Below, one piece after another: positions 1-9,433 of a stretch of DNA of 60,896 nt. The notes beneath the pieces were generated by a model. The model did not search any database, had not been told where the DNA came from, and worked only from the letters and a program-made list of their open reading frames with translations. Positions within the stretch are counted from its first letter, which is position 1, and each line of letters starts with the position of its first letter. Source of the DNA: Planctomycetota bacterium (GTDB lineage: Bacteria; Planctomycetota; PLA2; JAEUHO01); contig JBFWRP010000014.1 of the NCBI GenBank assembly GCA_050248855.1, positions 1-60,896 of the forward strand, given 5' to 3'. Position numbers and translations under genes: made by a program.

Positions 1-225
1 GTCGCACTTCGGTGTCTGACACCGTGCCACCGTCGCTTCGCTCCGAGGCACAGGTTCAGACACCTCCGCGCGCCTCGCATCTCAGGCTCTGGCCCCAAGC
101 GGAGCGCAGGGTTCGTCGTTCCGCGCTACCGCGCGGATTCGGCGCTCGGGCTACGCCCTCGCGGCAGGGGGGCTATTCCGTACCCCCCCCCTGCACCCCT
201 CACGGGGTTCAGACACCTCTGCGCG
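1..225 (+). repeat. REP/BIME-like palindromic array 1: module B (1-74), module C (~93-207), partial B end (206-225)
   Basis: GGTGTCTGACACCGTGCC...GGCACAGGTTCAGACACC hairpin is nearly identical to copies at 12707, 19387, 19863 and 37251. The GCAGGGGGGCTATTCCGTACCCCCC module recurs at ~19549 and ~19797. Confidence 0.9.
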
Positions 226-1527
226 CTACTCCTCGTCCTCGTCCTCGCTGCCACCCTCTTCGTCGGTGCTGCCCTCGTCGTTGGGATCATCACCGTGCGG
301 GTTGTTGCCCTTGTCCTTGTCCTTCTTCTTCTTCTGCGCCTCTTCCCACTTCTTGAGCTTGTCCGTGTAGTACTTCTCGATCAACGGATCCCAACGCGGA
401 TCCTTGCGCAGGACGCCCATGTCCGGGTCCTTGTCGCGCATGTGCAGGAACGAGGGGCCGAACTGGAACGGCGGCTGCGAGGCGCCGGCCTCGAGGGACT
501 TCTCGAGCATGTCGAACGCATCGTCGATGCGGTTCTGCAAGGCGTAGCCGCAGGCCAGGTTGTAGCGGTTCTCGTAGGCCAGGTTGGCGTTGGGCGAGCG
601 CATCTCGGCCTCGACCGCCGCCTCCAGCAGCTGCACGGCCTCGGGCAGCAGGGCCTTGTCCTTCTTCTCGAGCAGCATGCCGCCCGAGCGACCGGCCACC
701 GAGACCGGCAGCCAACCCGTGGCCGGCACGCGACGGCCCGGAGCGAAGGCCTTCTTGGCGAGCTCGATGTAGGCCGCCTTCTCCTTCTCGCGGATGGGCT
801 TGTTCTCTTCGAGGGCCTGCTTCGACTTCTCGTCGTCGGGCGTCTTCTTGAGCTTGGCCTCGGCCGCCTTCACCTTGCCGTCCGCCGCCGCCCAGACGCG
901 CCAGTGCAGGAACGCCTCGAGGGTGTCCAGCGCCGCGGCATCGACGCCGAGCGACTTGCCGCGCTCGAGGAAGCTGCGCGCGGCCGCTTCGGCGGCAAGG
1001 CGATCGTCTTCGTGGCGCGTCGTGGCGATGAGACGCGTCTCGGCCATGCCGACGAAGCGCCGCACCAGGTGCTCGAGCTGATGCCGGATGGCGGCTTCCT
1101 GCGCGCCGCCCGCACCCCCGACGACGAGCAAGCGGTAGGGCGTGCTCGCCTCGCGCACGGCCCAGCCCTTGGCGGCCGCGACCTCGTCGAGCGCCTTGCG
1201 GAACGTGCCCGGGTCAGCGTCGATGTCGATGTAGGCGACGTCGATCGTGGGGCCCTCGGGCGCCGTCAGCCGTCGCACCTCGGCATAGACCTCGAGATCA
1301 CCCAAGCCCACGGACTTGGCGATCTCCATGATCGCGTCGGCGGTCGGCTGGTCGGCGGGCGCGCTGCCCGAGCCGAACGTCCAGCCGTCCTGGAGGTCGT
1401 CGGCTTGCGGCGCGAGCGTCTCGACGCTGAAGGTCGGCGGGTCTTCGGCGAGGGCGGCGGGGGCGATCACGGCCAGACCCAGGGCGATCACGGCCAGACC
1501 CAGGGCGATCATGAGCAGGGCGCGCAT
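226..1527 (-). CDS. Secreted protein with C-terminal TPR-like repeat and acidic tail
   Basis: Signal peptide ending ALA-ED; TPR-type motif YNLACGYALQNRIDDAFDMLEKSLEAG; GGAGGA upstream of ATG. Confidence 0.75.
   Translation of the reverse strand: MRALLMIALGLAVIALGLAVIAPAALAEDPPTFSVETLAPQADDLQDGWTFGSGSAPADQPTADAIMEIAKSVGLGDLEVYAEVRRLTAPEGPTIDVAYIDIDADPGTFRKALDEVAAAKGWAVREASTPYRLLVVGGAGGAQEAAIRHQLEHLVRRFVGMAETRLIATTRHEDDRLAAEAAARSFLERGKSLGVDAAALDTLEAFLHWRVWAAADGKVKAAEAKLKKTPDDEKSKQALEENKPIREKEKAAYIELAKKAFAPGRRVPATGWLPVSVAGRSGGMLLEKKDKALLPEAVQLLEAAVEAEMRSPNANLAYENRYNLACGYALQNRIDDAFDMLEKSLEAGASQPPFQFGPSFLHMRDKDPDMGVLRKDPRWDPLIEKYYTDKLKKWEEAQKKKKDKDKGNNPHGDDPNDEGSTDEEGGSEDEDEE
1461..1511. repeat. 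21-nt perfect tandem repeat (about 2.4 copies) inside the signal-peptide coding region
   Basis: GGGCGATCACGGCCAGACCCA at 1461 and 1482, partial at 1503; encodes IALGLAV twice. Confidence 0.9.
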
Positions 1528-1648
1528 GGGGAGTCCTCCAAAGCGGGCGAGTCAAGGTACCCGGTGCGCGGGGCGCCGCCCCGGACGATCAAGGGCCCGG
1601 GCCTCCTGCCCCGCGTTCGGGGGCCCGAAGGCACGCTGCGCCCGCCCG

Positions 1649-3460
1649 TCAGCGCAGCGACAGCAGGGCGATGGCCACGACCGCGTAGACCAACGTGACG
1701 AGGCTGCCCATCCGCAGGTAGTCGCGGTTGCGGTAGCCGCCGGGCACCGCCACCATCAGGTTCCACTGGGCGAAGGGGAGCACGAAGGCGCACGACGTCC
1801 CGTAGGCCACGGCCAGCAGCGCCGTGGTCGGGTGCAGGCCCGCCACAGCCGCGGCGCGGGCCGCGATCGGGGCCACGATCAGGGCCGCGGCGGCATTGCT
1901 GGTGAGCGTGGCGAGGACCGCGGCCAAGGCGAAGAGCAGGGCGATCACGCCCACGGAGGACGCGGCAGCGCCGACGTCGACCAGGGCTCCGGCGGCGACC
2001 TCCGCGATCCCGTGCTTCTCGAGCGCCAAGCCCAGCGGCAAGGTGCCCACGATTAGGGCCAGCACGTTCCAGTCCACGGCGCGGCGCAAGGCGGGCCGGG
2101 TCACGCAGCCGCTCACGACCATGAGCAACGCGCCGCCCAGCGCCGCCAGGGCCAGCGGCATGTTGTAGGCGACGACGGGCACCAGACACGCCACGAGGAT
2201 GCCGATGGCGAGCGGCGCACGCGTGACGTCCTCGACTTGGCTCTGGTCGGTCAGCACGGTGAAGTCGGCCTGCGTCTCCAGGCGATGCACGGCGCGCGCG
2301 GTGCCGGAGACGAGGAAGTTGTCACCCACGTCCAGCCTGTGGGTGAGCGGCTCCTCGACTTCCTCGCCGTTGGCGCGCCACAGCGCGAGCACCTGCAGGC
2401 CGTAGCGCGCGGTGAAGTCCTCCTCCTCCAGCGACTTGCCGACGTAGAGGCTGCGCGGCGGGATCGCGACCTCGGCCAGCGTCGTGCCGCGTCCCAGGAT
2501 GCGCTCCACGGCGCGCGGGCCCGCGAAGCCGAACTGCAGCATCTCGCTCTCGGCAAGCAGCCATGCGGAGGACTCGGCGCCCTGCGCGTAGAGGCGATCG
2601 CCGGGCTGGAGGACCACGCTCGGATCGGGCGGGATCCAGCGATCGCCCATGGGCGCAGGCCGCCGGACCATCAGCGGGTTCATGCCGTAGGTGCCGGGCA
2701 GATCCAGCTGGCCCAGCGTCCGCCCGGCGGCCTCGGAGGCTTCCCGCACGCCGAACATCAGCAACGACTCGGAGAGCTTGAAGCTCTTGGCGACATCCTC
2801 GGGCATGCGCTTGCGGCGGCGGTCGTCGCTCCGGTTGACAGGCAGGAGGCGGCGACCGATCAACACCACGAACGCCATGCCCGCCGCCGTGATGGCCAGC
2901 CCGATCGGGGTGAAGTCGAACAGCTCGAGAGGCGGCACGCCCGCAGGTCCCTCGGGACCCGTGATGTAGTCGGCCACGAGGATGTTGCCGGCCGTGCCGG
3001 CCATCGTGATCGTGCCGCCCAGCACGGCCGCGAACGCCAGCGGCATCAGCAGCCGCGACGCCGCGACGCCCGAGCGTCGCGATAGCACCAGCACGGTCGG
3101 CAGCAGCATCGCCACCACCGCCGCGTTGCTCATGAACGCCGACAACGCCGCCGTGGCGATCATCACGAACAGGCAGAGCCGCGCCTCGCTACGGCCGCCC
3201 AGCGCCTGGATGCCGCGGGCCAACAGCGTGGCCACACCGCTCTCCCTGAGCCCCGTGCCCAGCACGAACACGGCCCCGATGGCCACGGCCGCCGGGCTGC
3301 CGAACCCGCGCAGGGCGTCCGTGGCCGATGGCAGGGCCCCCGAGACGTGCAGCACGACGGGGATCGACAGCGCCGTCACGCCCACGGGCAGCCACTTGGT
3401 GATGAAGAGCACGGTGGCGACCACAAGGGTCGCGATCGCCACCCAGCCGTGCGCGTCCAT
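1649..3460 (-). CDS. SLC13/CitMHS-family permease with two TrkA-C (RCK_C) domains
   Basis: Multiple TM helices; SAFMSNAAVV and GGTITMAGTAGNI motifs; central soluble TrkA-C-like repeats; TSNAAAA near C-terminus. Confidence 0.9.
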   Translation of the reverse strand: MDAHGWVAIATLVVATVLFITKWLPVGVTALSIPVVLHVSGALPSATDALRGFGSPAAVAIGAVFVLGTGLRESGVATLLARGIQALGGRSEARLCLFVMIATAALSAFMSNAAVVAMLLPTVLVLSRRSGVAASRLLMPLAFAAVLGGTITMAGTAGNILVADYITGPEGPAGVPPLELFDFTPIGLAITAAGMAFVVLIGRRLLPVNRSDDRRRKRMPEDVAKSFKLSESLLMFGVREASEAAGRTLGQLDLPGTYGMNPLMVRRPAPMGDRWIPPDPSVVLQPGDRLYAQGAESSAWLLAESEMLQFGFAGPRAVERILGRGTTLAEVAIPPRSLYVGKSLEEEDFTARYGLQVLALWRANGEEVEEPLTHRLDVGDNFLVSGTARAVHRLETQADFTVLTDQSQVEDVTRAPLAIGILVACLVPVVAYNMPLALAALGGALLMVVSGCVTRPALRRAVDWNVLALIVGTLPLGLALEKHGIAEVAAGALVDVGAAASSVGVIALLFALAAVLATLTSNAAAALIVAPIAARAAAVAGLHPTTALLAVAYGTSCAFVLPFAQWNLMVAVPGGYRNRDYLRMGSLVTLVYAVVAIALLSLR

Positions 3461-3507
3461 CCGCGGCCTCCCGGACGCGGAATGTAGAGGCGGGGGCCCC
3501 TACTCGC

Positions 3508-5991
3508 CTACCTTGCGTCGTCGCTGGCTGCTGGAACCGGCGAGCTGTGCGGTGCCGCGCCTCCCGGCGCCCGCGCGGAGATCGTGGCAACAGCTTCCAG
3601 CGCTGCGGCACGCTCGCTCGCCGGCGCCCCCTCACGCTTGGCCAGCTTGAGCAGCCGGACCAAAGCGCGCGGGCCTCCGACGGCACCCAGCGCCTGGATC
3701 GCCCCTTGGCGGACCGCGGCGTCCGCGTCGTCGAGGAGCGGCAGGATCTCGCCCTCGGGATCGTCGGGTCCGTCGAGCATGGTCTGGAAGTAGCTGATGC
3801 GCTCCTGCCGCTCGCGAATCGCATCGAGGGCCTTCGCTGCGCGGTCTCTCCAGTGCGGCAAGGGGTTGTGTTCGTAGATGGCAAGCAAGACGTTCGTCAG
3901 CAGCGGGCTCGGCGTCCCCTCTGCCAGCCCGATCCACCACGGGGCCCGATCCCGGCCTGCGCCTGCCATCCACGCCGCATCCCCAGCGTCCGCCGCAGCG
4001 AGCCGCAGGAGCGCGTCTCGTGCCTCGGCGGAGTCTTCGCCGATCAGGACCCGGAGCGCCTCGATCGCGAGGGTCGGATCCGCGCGATTTGCGGCCAGAT
4101 CGACTACGTCATCCACGGCGCCACGATCGAGCAGCAGCCTCATGAGGACCATGCGCAAGCTGCCAACCGGCATGCCCTTGGCGGTCGCAGCCTCGGTGGA
4201 TGGAAGTCGATCCAACCAGCGCCGGATCCGCGGCAGGTCGGCAGAGACGAGGGGATCCGCCCACAGGTGTTCAGCCTTGACGCGGAACGCGCCAAGGGCG
4301 TCGAGGACGGCCTCGTCGTACCGCGAGGGATCCTCGCTGGCTGCCGCATGCAGGCAGCTTTCCGGCGGCACCCGCCCGCCGCGCGCCGCCACCGACTCGA
4401 CCAAACGGAGACACGTAGGTCCGATGTCGACGGGCCAGGCTGGACGCGGGTGCGCGTCCAGCACCCACGCCAGGTACTTGGCGCGTTCATCGGAACCCTC
4501 GATCAGGGCCGTCAGGAGTACATCCCACACACCCGGAACGGCGAGGGCCTCCGCTCGTACTCGGAGCAAGAAAGGCCTGGGCCTGACGCTCACACCCGTC
4601 TCGAGAAGCTCGAGCACCCTCTGGGGATCGGGAGTGAGGCCGCCCGACCGCAACCTGACGGGCAAAGCGTCCGGCCCCCATTGCAGCAACCAGCGGCGAT
4701 TCTCGTGGATGCTACCGAGAAGTAGGGCACCCACCGCGTCACCCAGCCTCTGTTGTTCGTCCGGTCCCTGCGCTTCGTTGGCGATCTCGAGCGCGTGCCG
4801 GAGCCCCTCCGCGCTCGGCCCGCCAAGAACCGGGGCGTGCAGCTGTCCGACCGCCTCCTTGACAGCTGGCGCCTCAAGCAGTGCCAGTGCGAGCTGGAGG
4901 CGCGCTCCCTGGAGAGCCGCATCGGCCGTACCCGGGCCGCGAGTGTTCCGACCCCAGAGTCCTCCCGCGAGGATGCTCAGATCGGTCATGTCGAACGCGC
5001 GCGTCCGCACAAGCTCGGCTAGCCGCAAGACGTCAGTCGCATTCTCCCGGCTGCGCGTCGCGAGCTCGATCCAGCCCCTCCGCTTGAGGCCAGGAGCCGC
5101 CACCATGTCCACATAGGAGGGGATGCTCGCCACGTCGACGCGCCGGGCAAGAAACGAGAAGACGTTCTCGATGACCTTGTCGGCATTGGGGGCAAGGAGA
5201 ACCGGCCGAAGGGCGTCGCCAAGGACCGCAGGAGATACGCGTCCCCATACTGCAAGCTTGTCGAGGGCCGCGGAGAGTACGTAGCGCTCCGCGGCTGGCT
5301 GATCACGCAGCAGCTGACCGACCAGCTGCCAGCCTGCCACCGCATCCAGACGCATCAGGGCGAGCAGGCCGGGAATGACATCGGCCCCGCGCTCGAGCCA
5401 GCGATCAACGGCAGGTCGCGCTTCGGCGCCAAGTCCCTGCAGCAGCCGATCGAGATCCATCTCCGCGCCGTCCAGCGGCGCACCCGGCTTGTACCAATGC
5501 GCAGCCCCCAAGTGCTGGAACCCCTTGGACAAGGCGATGTCCGCAGGAGAGGCGGTGGCAGGCACTTCCTGCACCTGCGCAACGCCAAAGAACGTCCCCC
5601 GCGGCGTCTTGACCATCTCGCCGGGCTGCACGTGGCGCCGTGCAAGCTCGACGATCTTGTCGACGGTGACCTCGTCGAGCTCGGCGCCGTGGGCTTCGCT
5701 CAGCGTCCCGATCAGCGTGAGCCACGCTTCGTGGGTGCGCCCTGCATCCAGGTCGAGCAGCCGCACACCGGCCTCGCGGCCTGCATCCGTGGACGCTGCC
5801 TTGGCGAAGACCTGCTCGTAGAGCGCCTGGGCCTTCGCCAGGTCCTTCTCGACGCGTTCGGCGGCGCGGGCCCGCTCGAGGAGCGAGACGATCTCGGCCG
5901 GTGCGTCGTCGGCGCGGGAGGGCGTTGCGAGGGGCAGGGCCAGGCCGAGCCAGAGCGCGGCGAGGAGCATCGTGCGGATCGTCGTTCGCAT
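3508..5991 (-). CDS. Large secreted alpha-helical protein with C-terminal HEAT repeats
   Basis: AAGGAG RBS before ATG 5991; signal peptide MRTTIRTMLL...SRA; HEAT motif LLDDADAAVRQGAIQALGAVG. Confidence 0.7.
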   Translation of the reverse strand: MRTTIRTMLLAALWLGLALPLATPSRADDAPAEIVSLLERARAAERVEKDLAKAQALYEQVFAKAASTDAGREAGVRLLDLDAGRTHEAWLTLIGTLSEAHGAELDEVTVDKIVELARRHVQPGEMVKTPRGTFFGVAQVQEVPATASPADIALSKGFQHLGAAHWYKPGAPLDGAEMDLDRLLQGLGAEARPAVDRWLERGADVIPGLLALMRLDAVAGWQLVGQLLRDQPAAERYVLSAALDKLAVWGRVSPAVLGDALRPVLLAPNADKVIENVFSFLARRVDVASIPSYVDMVAAPGLKRRGWIELATRSRENATDVLRLAELVRTRAFDMTDLSILAGGLWGRNTRGPGTADAALQGARLQLALALLEAPAVKEAVGQLHAPVLGGPSAEGLRHALEIANEAQGPDEQQRLGDAVGALLLGSIHENRRWLLQWGPDALPVRLRSGGLTPDPQRVLELLETGVSVRPRPFLLRVRAEALAVPGVWDVLLTALIEGSDERAKYLAWVLDAHPRPAWPVDIGPTCLRLVESVAARGGRVPPESCLHAAASEDPSRYDEAVLDALGAFRVKAEHLWADPLVSADLPRIRRWLDRLPSTEAATAKGMPVGSLRMVLMRLLLDRGAVDDVVDLAANRADPTLAIEALRVLIGEDSAEARDALLRLAAADAGDAAWMAGAGRDRAPWWIGLAEGTPSPLLTNVLLAIYEHNPLPHWRDRAAKALDAIRERQERISYFQTMLDGPDDPEGEILPLLDDADAAVRQGAIQALGAVGGPRALVRLLKLAKREGAPASERAAALEAVATISARAPGGAAPHSSPVPAASDDAR

Positions 5992-6053
5992 GGGGAGGTC
6001 TCCTTGGGTCAGGGGTCCCAGCGTGGGCGCGGCGCGAGGCGCAGTGGTGACGC

Positions 6054-6758
6054 TCATGCCACGTCGATGTCACGGACTTCGAACGATGCGGGCGGGTCGA
6101 AGCGGTAGCCGACGCCGTGCACGGTGGCGATCACGTCCTCGGAACCGAGCTTGGCGCGGAGCCGCGCCATGTGCATGTCGATCGTGCGGGTCGTGGGGTG
6201 CCGGTCGTAGCCCCACACCTCGTCGAGGAAGCGGTGGCGCGTGACGACCTCCGCACGATGGGCCAACAGGATCGAGAGCATCCCGGTCTCGAGCGGCGTC
6301 AATTGGGCCACGCGATTCCCCTCACGGACGACGCGGGCGGCGAGGTCGATCTCGATCCCGTCGAAGACGACCCGTTGGGGCGGCATGGGCTTCTTCGCCC
6401 GCACGCGGGCCCGGGCGCGGGCCAAGAGCTCGCGCAGCGAGAACGGCTTGCAGAGGTAGTCGTCGGCGCCGAGGTCCAGTCCGTGGACGCGGTCTTCCTC
6501 GCGGCCCCGAGCCGTGAGCATCAGGATCGGGCTGTCGCGACCCGCGGCCCGCAGGCGCCGACACACCTCGTAGCCGTCCATGCCCGGCAGCATCAGGTCG
6601 AGCACGATGAGGTCGAAGCGACGGGCCAGTCCACGTTCGAGCGCCTCGCGGCCGTCGATCACATGGTCCACCCGGTAGCCATCGCGCTCGAAGGCATCGA
6701 CCAGCGCCACGCCCAGCGACTCGTCGTCCTCCACGATCAGCACGTGCGGCGGTCTCAT
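6054..6758 (-). CDS. OmpR/PhoB-family response regulator
   Basis: VLIVEDD, LDLMLPGMDG, LGADDYLCKPF, winged-helix TRTIDMHMARLRAKL and TVHGVGYRF; ATGA overlap with the kinase stop. Confidence 0.95.
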   Translation of the reverse strand: MRPPHVLIVEDDESLGVALVDAFERDGYRVDHVIDGREALERGLARRFDLIVLDLMLPGMDGYEVCRRLRAAGRDSPILMLTARGREEDRVHGLDLGADDYLCKPFSLRELLARARARVRAKKPMPPQRVVFDGIEIDLAARVVREGNRVAQLTPLETGMLSILLAHRAEVVTRHRFLDEVWGYDRHPTTRTIDMHMARLRAKLGSEDVIATVHGVGYRFDPPASFEVRDIDVA

Positions 6759-8569
6759 GCGCGGGCCTCCTCGCGTGACGGAGGGAGTACCACGACGAAG
6801 CGGGCGCCTCCCTGGGGCACCTGCTCCGCGCGGATCGTGCCCCCATGCGCTTGGACGACCTGGCGGGCCACGAACAGGCCCAGGCCGATGCCAGGCACCG
6901 CGGCCTCCTTCGCGCCCGCACCGCGGTGGAAACGGCGGAACAGGCGTTCGGGGTCGCCGGGGGGCAAGCCGACACCGTCGTCCTCGACGGCGAAGCGGTA
7001 GCCGCCGTCGGCTTGGCCCGCTCCTACCAAGCGAAGGGTCCGCCCCGGCCCCGCGAACTTCATCGCGTTGTCGAGCAGGTTCACGAGAACGCTGCGCAGC
7101 GCGGCACCATCGATCAGCAGGGGCCGCTGAGCGGGGCTCACCTCCACGTCGAAGCGAAAGCCGCGCCGCTCCAGCAGGGGACGCATCCCACCTGCGACCT
7201 CGTGGAGGACCTCGGCCGGGTGCAGCTCCGTGCGCGCCAGGCCCAGCGCCCCGGCCTGCTCGACTCGCGAGGCGTCGAGCACGTTGCGCACCGTGGTGCC
7301 CAACCGCGTCATCTCGCTCTCGATCCGCGCCGCGTAGGCGCGCGTCTTGGACGGGTCGTCGGCCACGCCATCGGCGAGCAGCTCGGCCATGGCGCGCACG
7401 CTCGCGATCGGCGTCTTCAGCTCGTGGCTCACGGCCGCCACGAAGTCCCCCTGCATGCGCGCGGCCCGTGCATGGCGGCGGAAGGCGAGCAGCGCGACGA
7501 CGGCTCCCAGCAGGTACACGCCGAGCCCGGCCATCCAAGGGATGTGGATGGTCCAGCCGCGCTCCAGGTGCGGCGGTGTGGCCTCCACCCGGAGCTGCGC
7601 GAGCGGGGGAGGCAGCGCAGCGCTCACGAGGGTGCCCTCGCCAGGCACCGCATGCACACCGAGGAGGCGCAGCTTGGACCCGGTCGCCTCGGCAACCGGA
7701 TCGAGCAGCGCCTTCACGGGGCGCGTCTGGATCGCGTCGCCCCGCCGCCAGACCGCCAGCGAGCCCGAGACCAGCAGGGGCTGGTCGACCGGGAGCTGAT
7801 CGCGCCAGTGACGACCCTCGCGCGCCAAGCGTCGCGCCGCCTCGAGCTCCCGCTCGATCTCCGCGTCCGGGGGCCTGCTGCCCGCCTGCGCCTGCGGTGC
7901 TGCCAGAAGCAAGGCATCCGGACCCACCATGTCGCGCGGTCCCAGCAGCAGCCCGCCGCCCGAGACGTCCAGCAGGCGCCGGCGCGCCGACTCCTCTCCG
8001 GGCCACCGCTCCCGCTCGATCTCCGCGGCGAGCCAGGCGGCGCCTGGCGACAAGGGCACGCCCTCTTCGGCCCACGTGCCGGGCGCGTTCGCGAGGCGCT
8101 CGAGCAGGCGCTGCGCCCGACGCGGGTCCTCGTGGCGCAACGCGGATGCCAAGCGCAGCGCGGCGACGGCGCGTGCGCCACTCGAGCCGGTCGCCTCGAG
8201 AGCCTGCCACGAGCGACGCGCGACCTCGGCCTCTCCATGCGTGAAGCGCCACGCGGCCTCGTCCAAGCGCAGGCGTTCACCGTCGTCCAGCGGAACCGGC
8301 TGGTAGCCCGAGACCAGCTGCCACGTGCGCTGCGGTGGCTCCGTGGGGTTCGTCAGCTGCAGCTGAAGCGCACGTGGCACGGACGCGAGGACCTCTTGCA
8401 GGTGCGCCCGGTCGTCCTTGGCACGCGCATCGACCTCGAGCGTCGCGAGGCGCGCACCGAGGAACCCCAGGGCGATGCCCACGACAGCCAAGACGAGCGG
8501 GAGCAGCCAAGGGGAGGGCGTCGGCCTCACGCGTCCGAGGATCCACCGCCAGGGAGGCGGGGTTGTCAC
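6755..8569 (-). CDS. Membrane sensor histidine kinase (HisKA + HATPase_c)
   Basis: Two TM segments; H-box VSHELKTP, N-box NLLDNAMKF, G1 DDGVG, G2 GIGLGL. Confidence 0.95.
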   Translation of the reverse strand: MTTPPPWRWILGRVRPTPSPWLLPLVLAVVGIALGFLGARLATLEVDARAKDDRAHLQEVLASVPRALQLQLTNPTEPPQRTWQLVSGYQPVPLDDGERLRLDEAAWRFTHGEAEVARRSWQALEATGSSGARAVAALRLASALRHEDPRRAQRLLERLANAPGTWAEEGVPLSPGAAWLAAEIERERWPGEESARRRLLDVSGGGLLLGPRDMVGPDALLLAAPQAQAGSRPPDAEIERELEAARRLAREGRHWRDQLPVDQPLLVSGSLAVWRRGDAIQTRPVKALLDPVAEATGSKLRLLGVHAVPGEGTLVSAALPPPLAQLRVEATPPHLERGWTIHIPWMAGLGVYLLGAVVALLAFRRHARAARMQGDFVAAVSHELKTPIASVRAMAELLADGVADDPSKTRAYAARIESEMTRLGTTVRNVLDASRVEQAGALGLARTELHPAEVLHEVAGGMRPLLERRGFRFDVEVSPAQRPLLIDGAALRSVLVNLLDNAMKFAGPGRTLRLVGAGQADGGYRFAVEDDGVGLPPGDPERLFRRFHRGAGAKEAAVPGIGLGLFVARQVVQAHGGTIRAEQVPQGGARFVVVLPPSREEARA

Positions 8570-8594
8570 GTCGCGGCAACGGGCATCGGTCGCG

Positions 8595-9221
8595 TCAGTC
8601 GACGATCAGGATCGCGGCGCCGGCGGCGCGGGCTTGGGCCTGCTGCTCCGTACCGGAGAGGCCCCAGGCGCCCACGTTCATGCCGGCCTGCGCGGCCTCC
8701 TCGACGAGCCAGGCGGCCAGGAAGGGGAACGGCAGGACGAGGGTGCCGATGCCGGACCGGCGCCAGGCGGCGAAGGGCGTGACGCCGCGCAAGGGCCGGT
8801 GGGCGATCAGGACACCGGCCCCGGCCTGGCTCTCGAGCGCGAAGCGCATGGCGACCGGGTGGTCGAACGAGGTGACGAGGACGCGCTCGAGGTCGTGGCG
8901 CCGCAACACGTGGAGCAGCGGCACCGCCGCCGCTTGGTCCTTGACCTCGAGGTTCCAGACGGCGTCGGGCCACCGCGCCAGCACCTCGTCGGCGGTGGGC
9001 ACGGCGTGGCCCAGGGCGGCTTCGAGCGTGACGCGATCGAGGTCGGCAACACGGCGCCCGTCGGCGAGACGCTCGTCGTGCACGAGCACCAACGAACCGT
9101 CGGCGCAGCGGCGAACGTCGGTCTCGCATCCATCGAGACCGGCCGCGAGGGCGGCCTCAAAGGCCTCCCAGGTGTTCTCGGGTGCCGCCCGTGTGCACCC
9201 ACGATGCCCAAGCGTCAACAC
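8595..9221 (-). CDS. Glycerophosphodiester phosphodiesterase (GDPD) family
   Basis: GHRG..APENT, ETDVRRCADG..VLVHD, NLEVK; AGGAGG upstream of GTG 9221. Confidence 0.9.
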   Translation of the reverse strand: MLTLGHRGCTRAAPENTWEAFEAALAAGLDGCETDVRRCADGSLVLVHDERLADGRRVADLDRVTLEAALGHAVPTADEVLARWPDAVWNLEVKDQAAAVPLLHVLRRHDLERVLVTSFDHPVAMRFALESQAGAGVLIAHRPLRGVTPFAAWRRSGIGTLVLPFPFLAAWLVEEAAQAGMNVGAWGLSGTEQQAQARAAGAAILIVD

Positions 9222-9433
9222 GGGTAGGCGATCACCTCCTGGGGTGCGCGGGGACGGCCCGCCAGATGCTCGGTCCCGAGCCCCTGTCGGATCCGAACCG
9301 TGACCACCCCTCCCGGGGGAGTGCCGCGCGCGGCCCTGGATGGGATGCCGGGTGCCGATGAGGAGGACGCCGCGTGGTCCTCCACGCAAGGACGACGAAG
9401 CGGTGCTCCGGCGCCCATTCCAGGGCCGGGCGC

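Noticed and set aside
12..356. ORFs translated from the repeat arrays (also 12262-12728, 19111-19834, 36613-37218)
   Set aside because: They are recurring translations of the palindromic modules (e.g. CVSGTLPTLPLRG, WARCLTRRG) with no RBS or domain signal.
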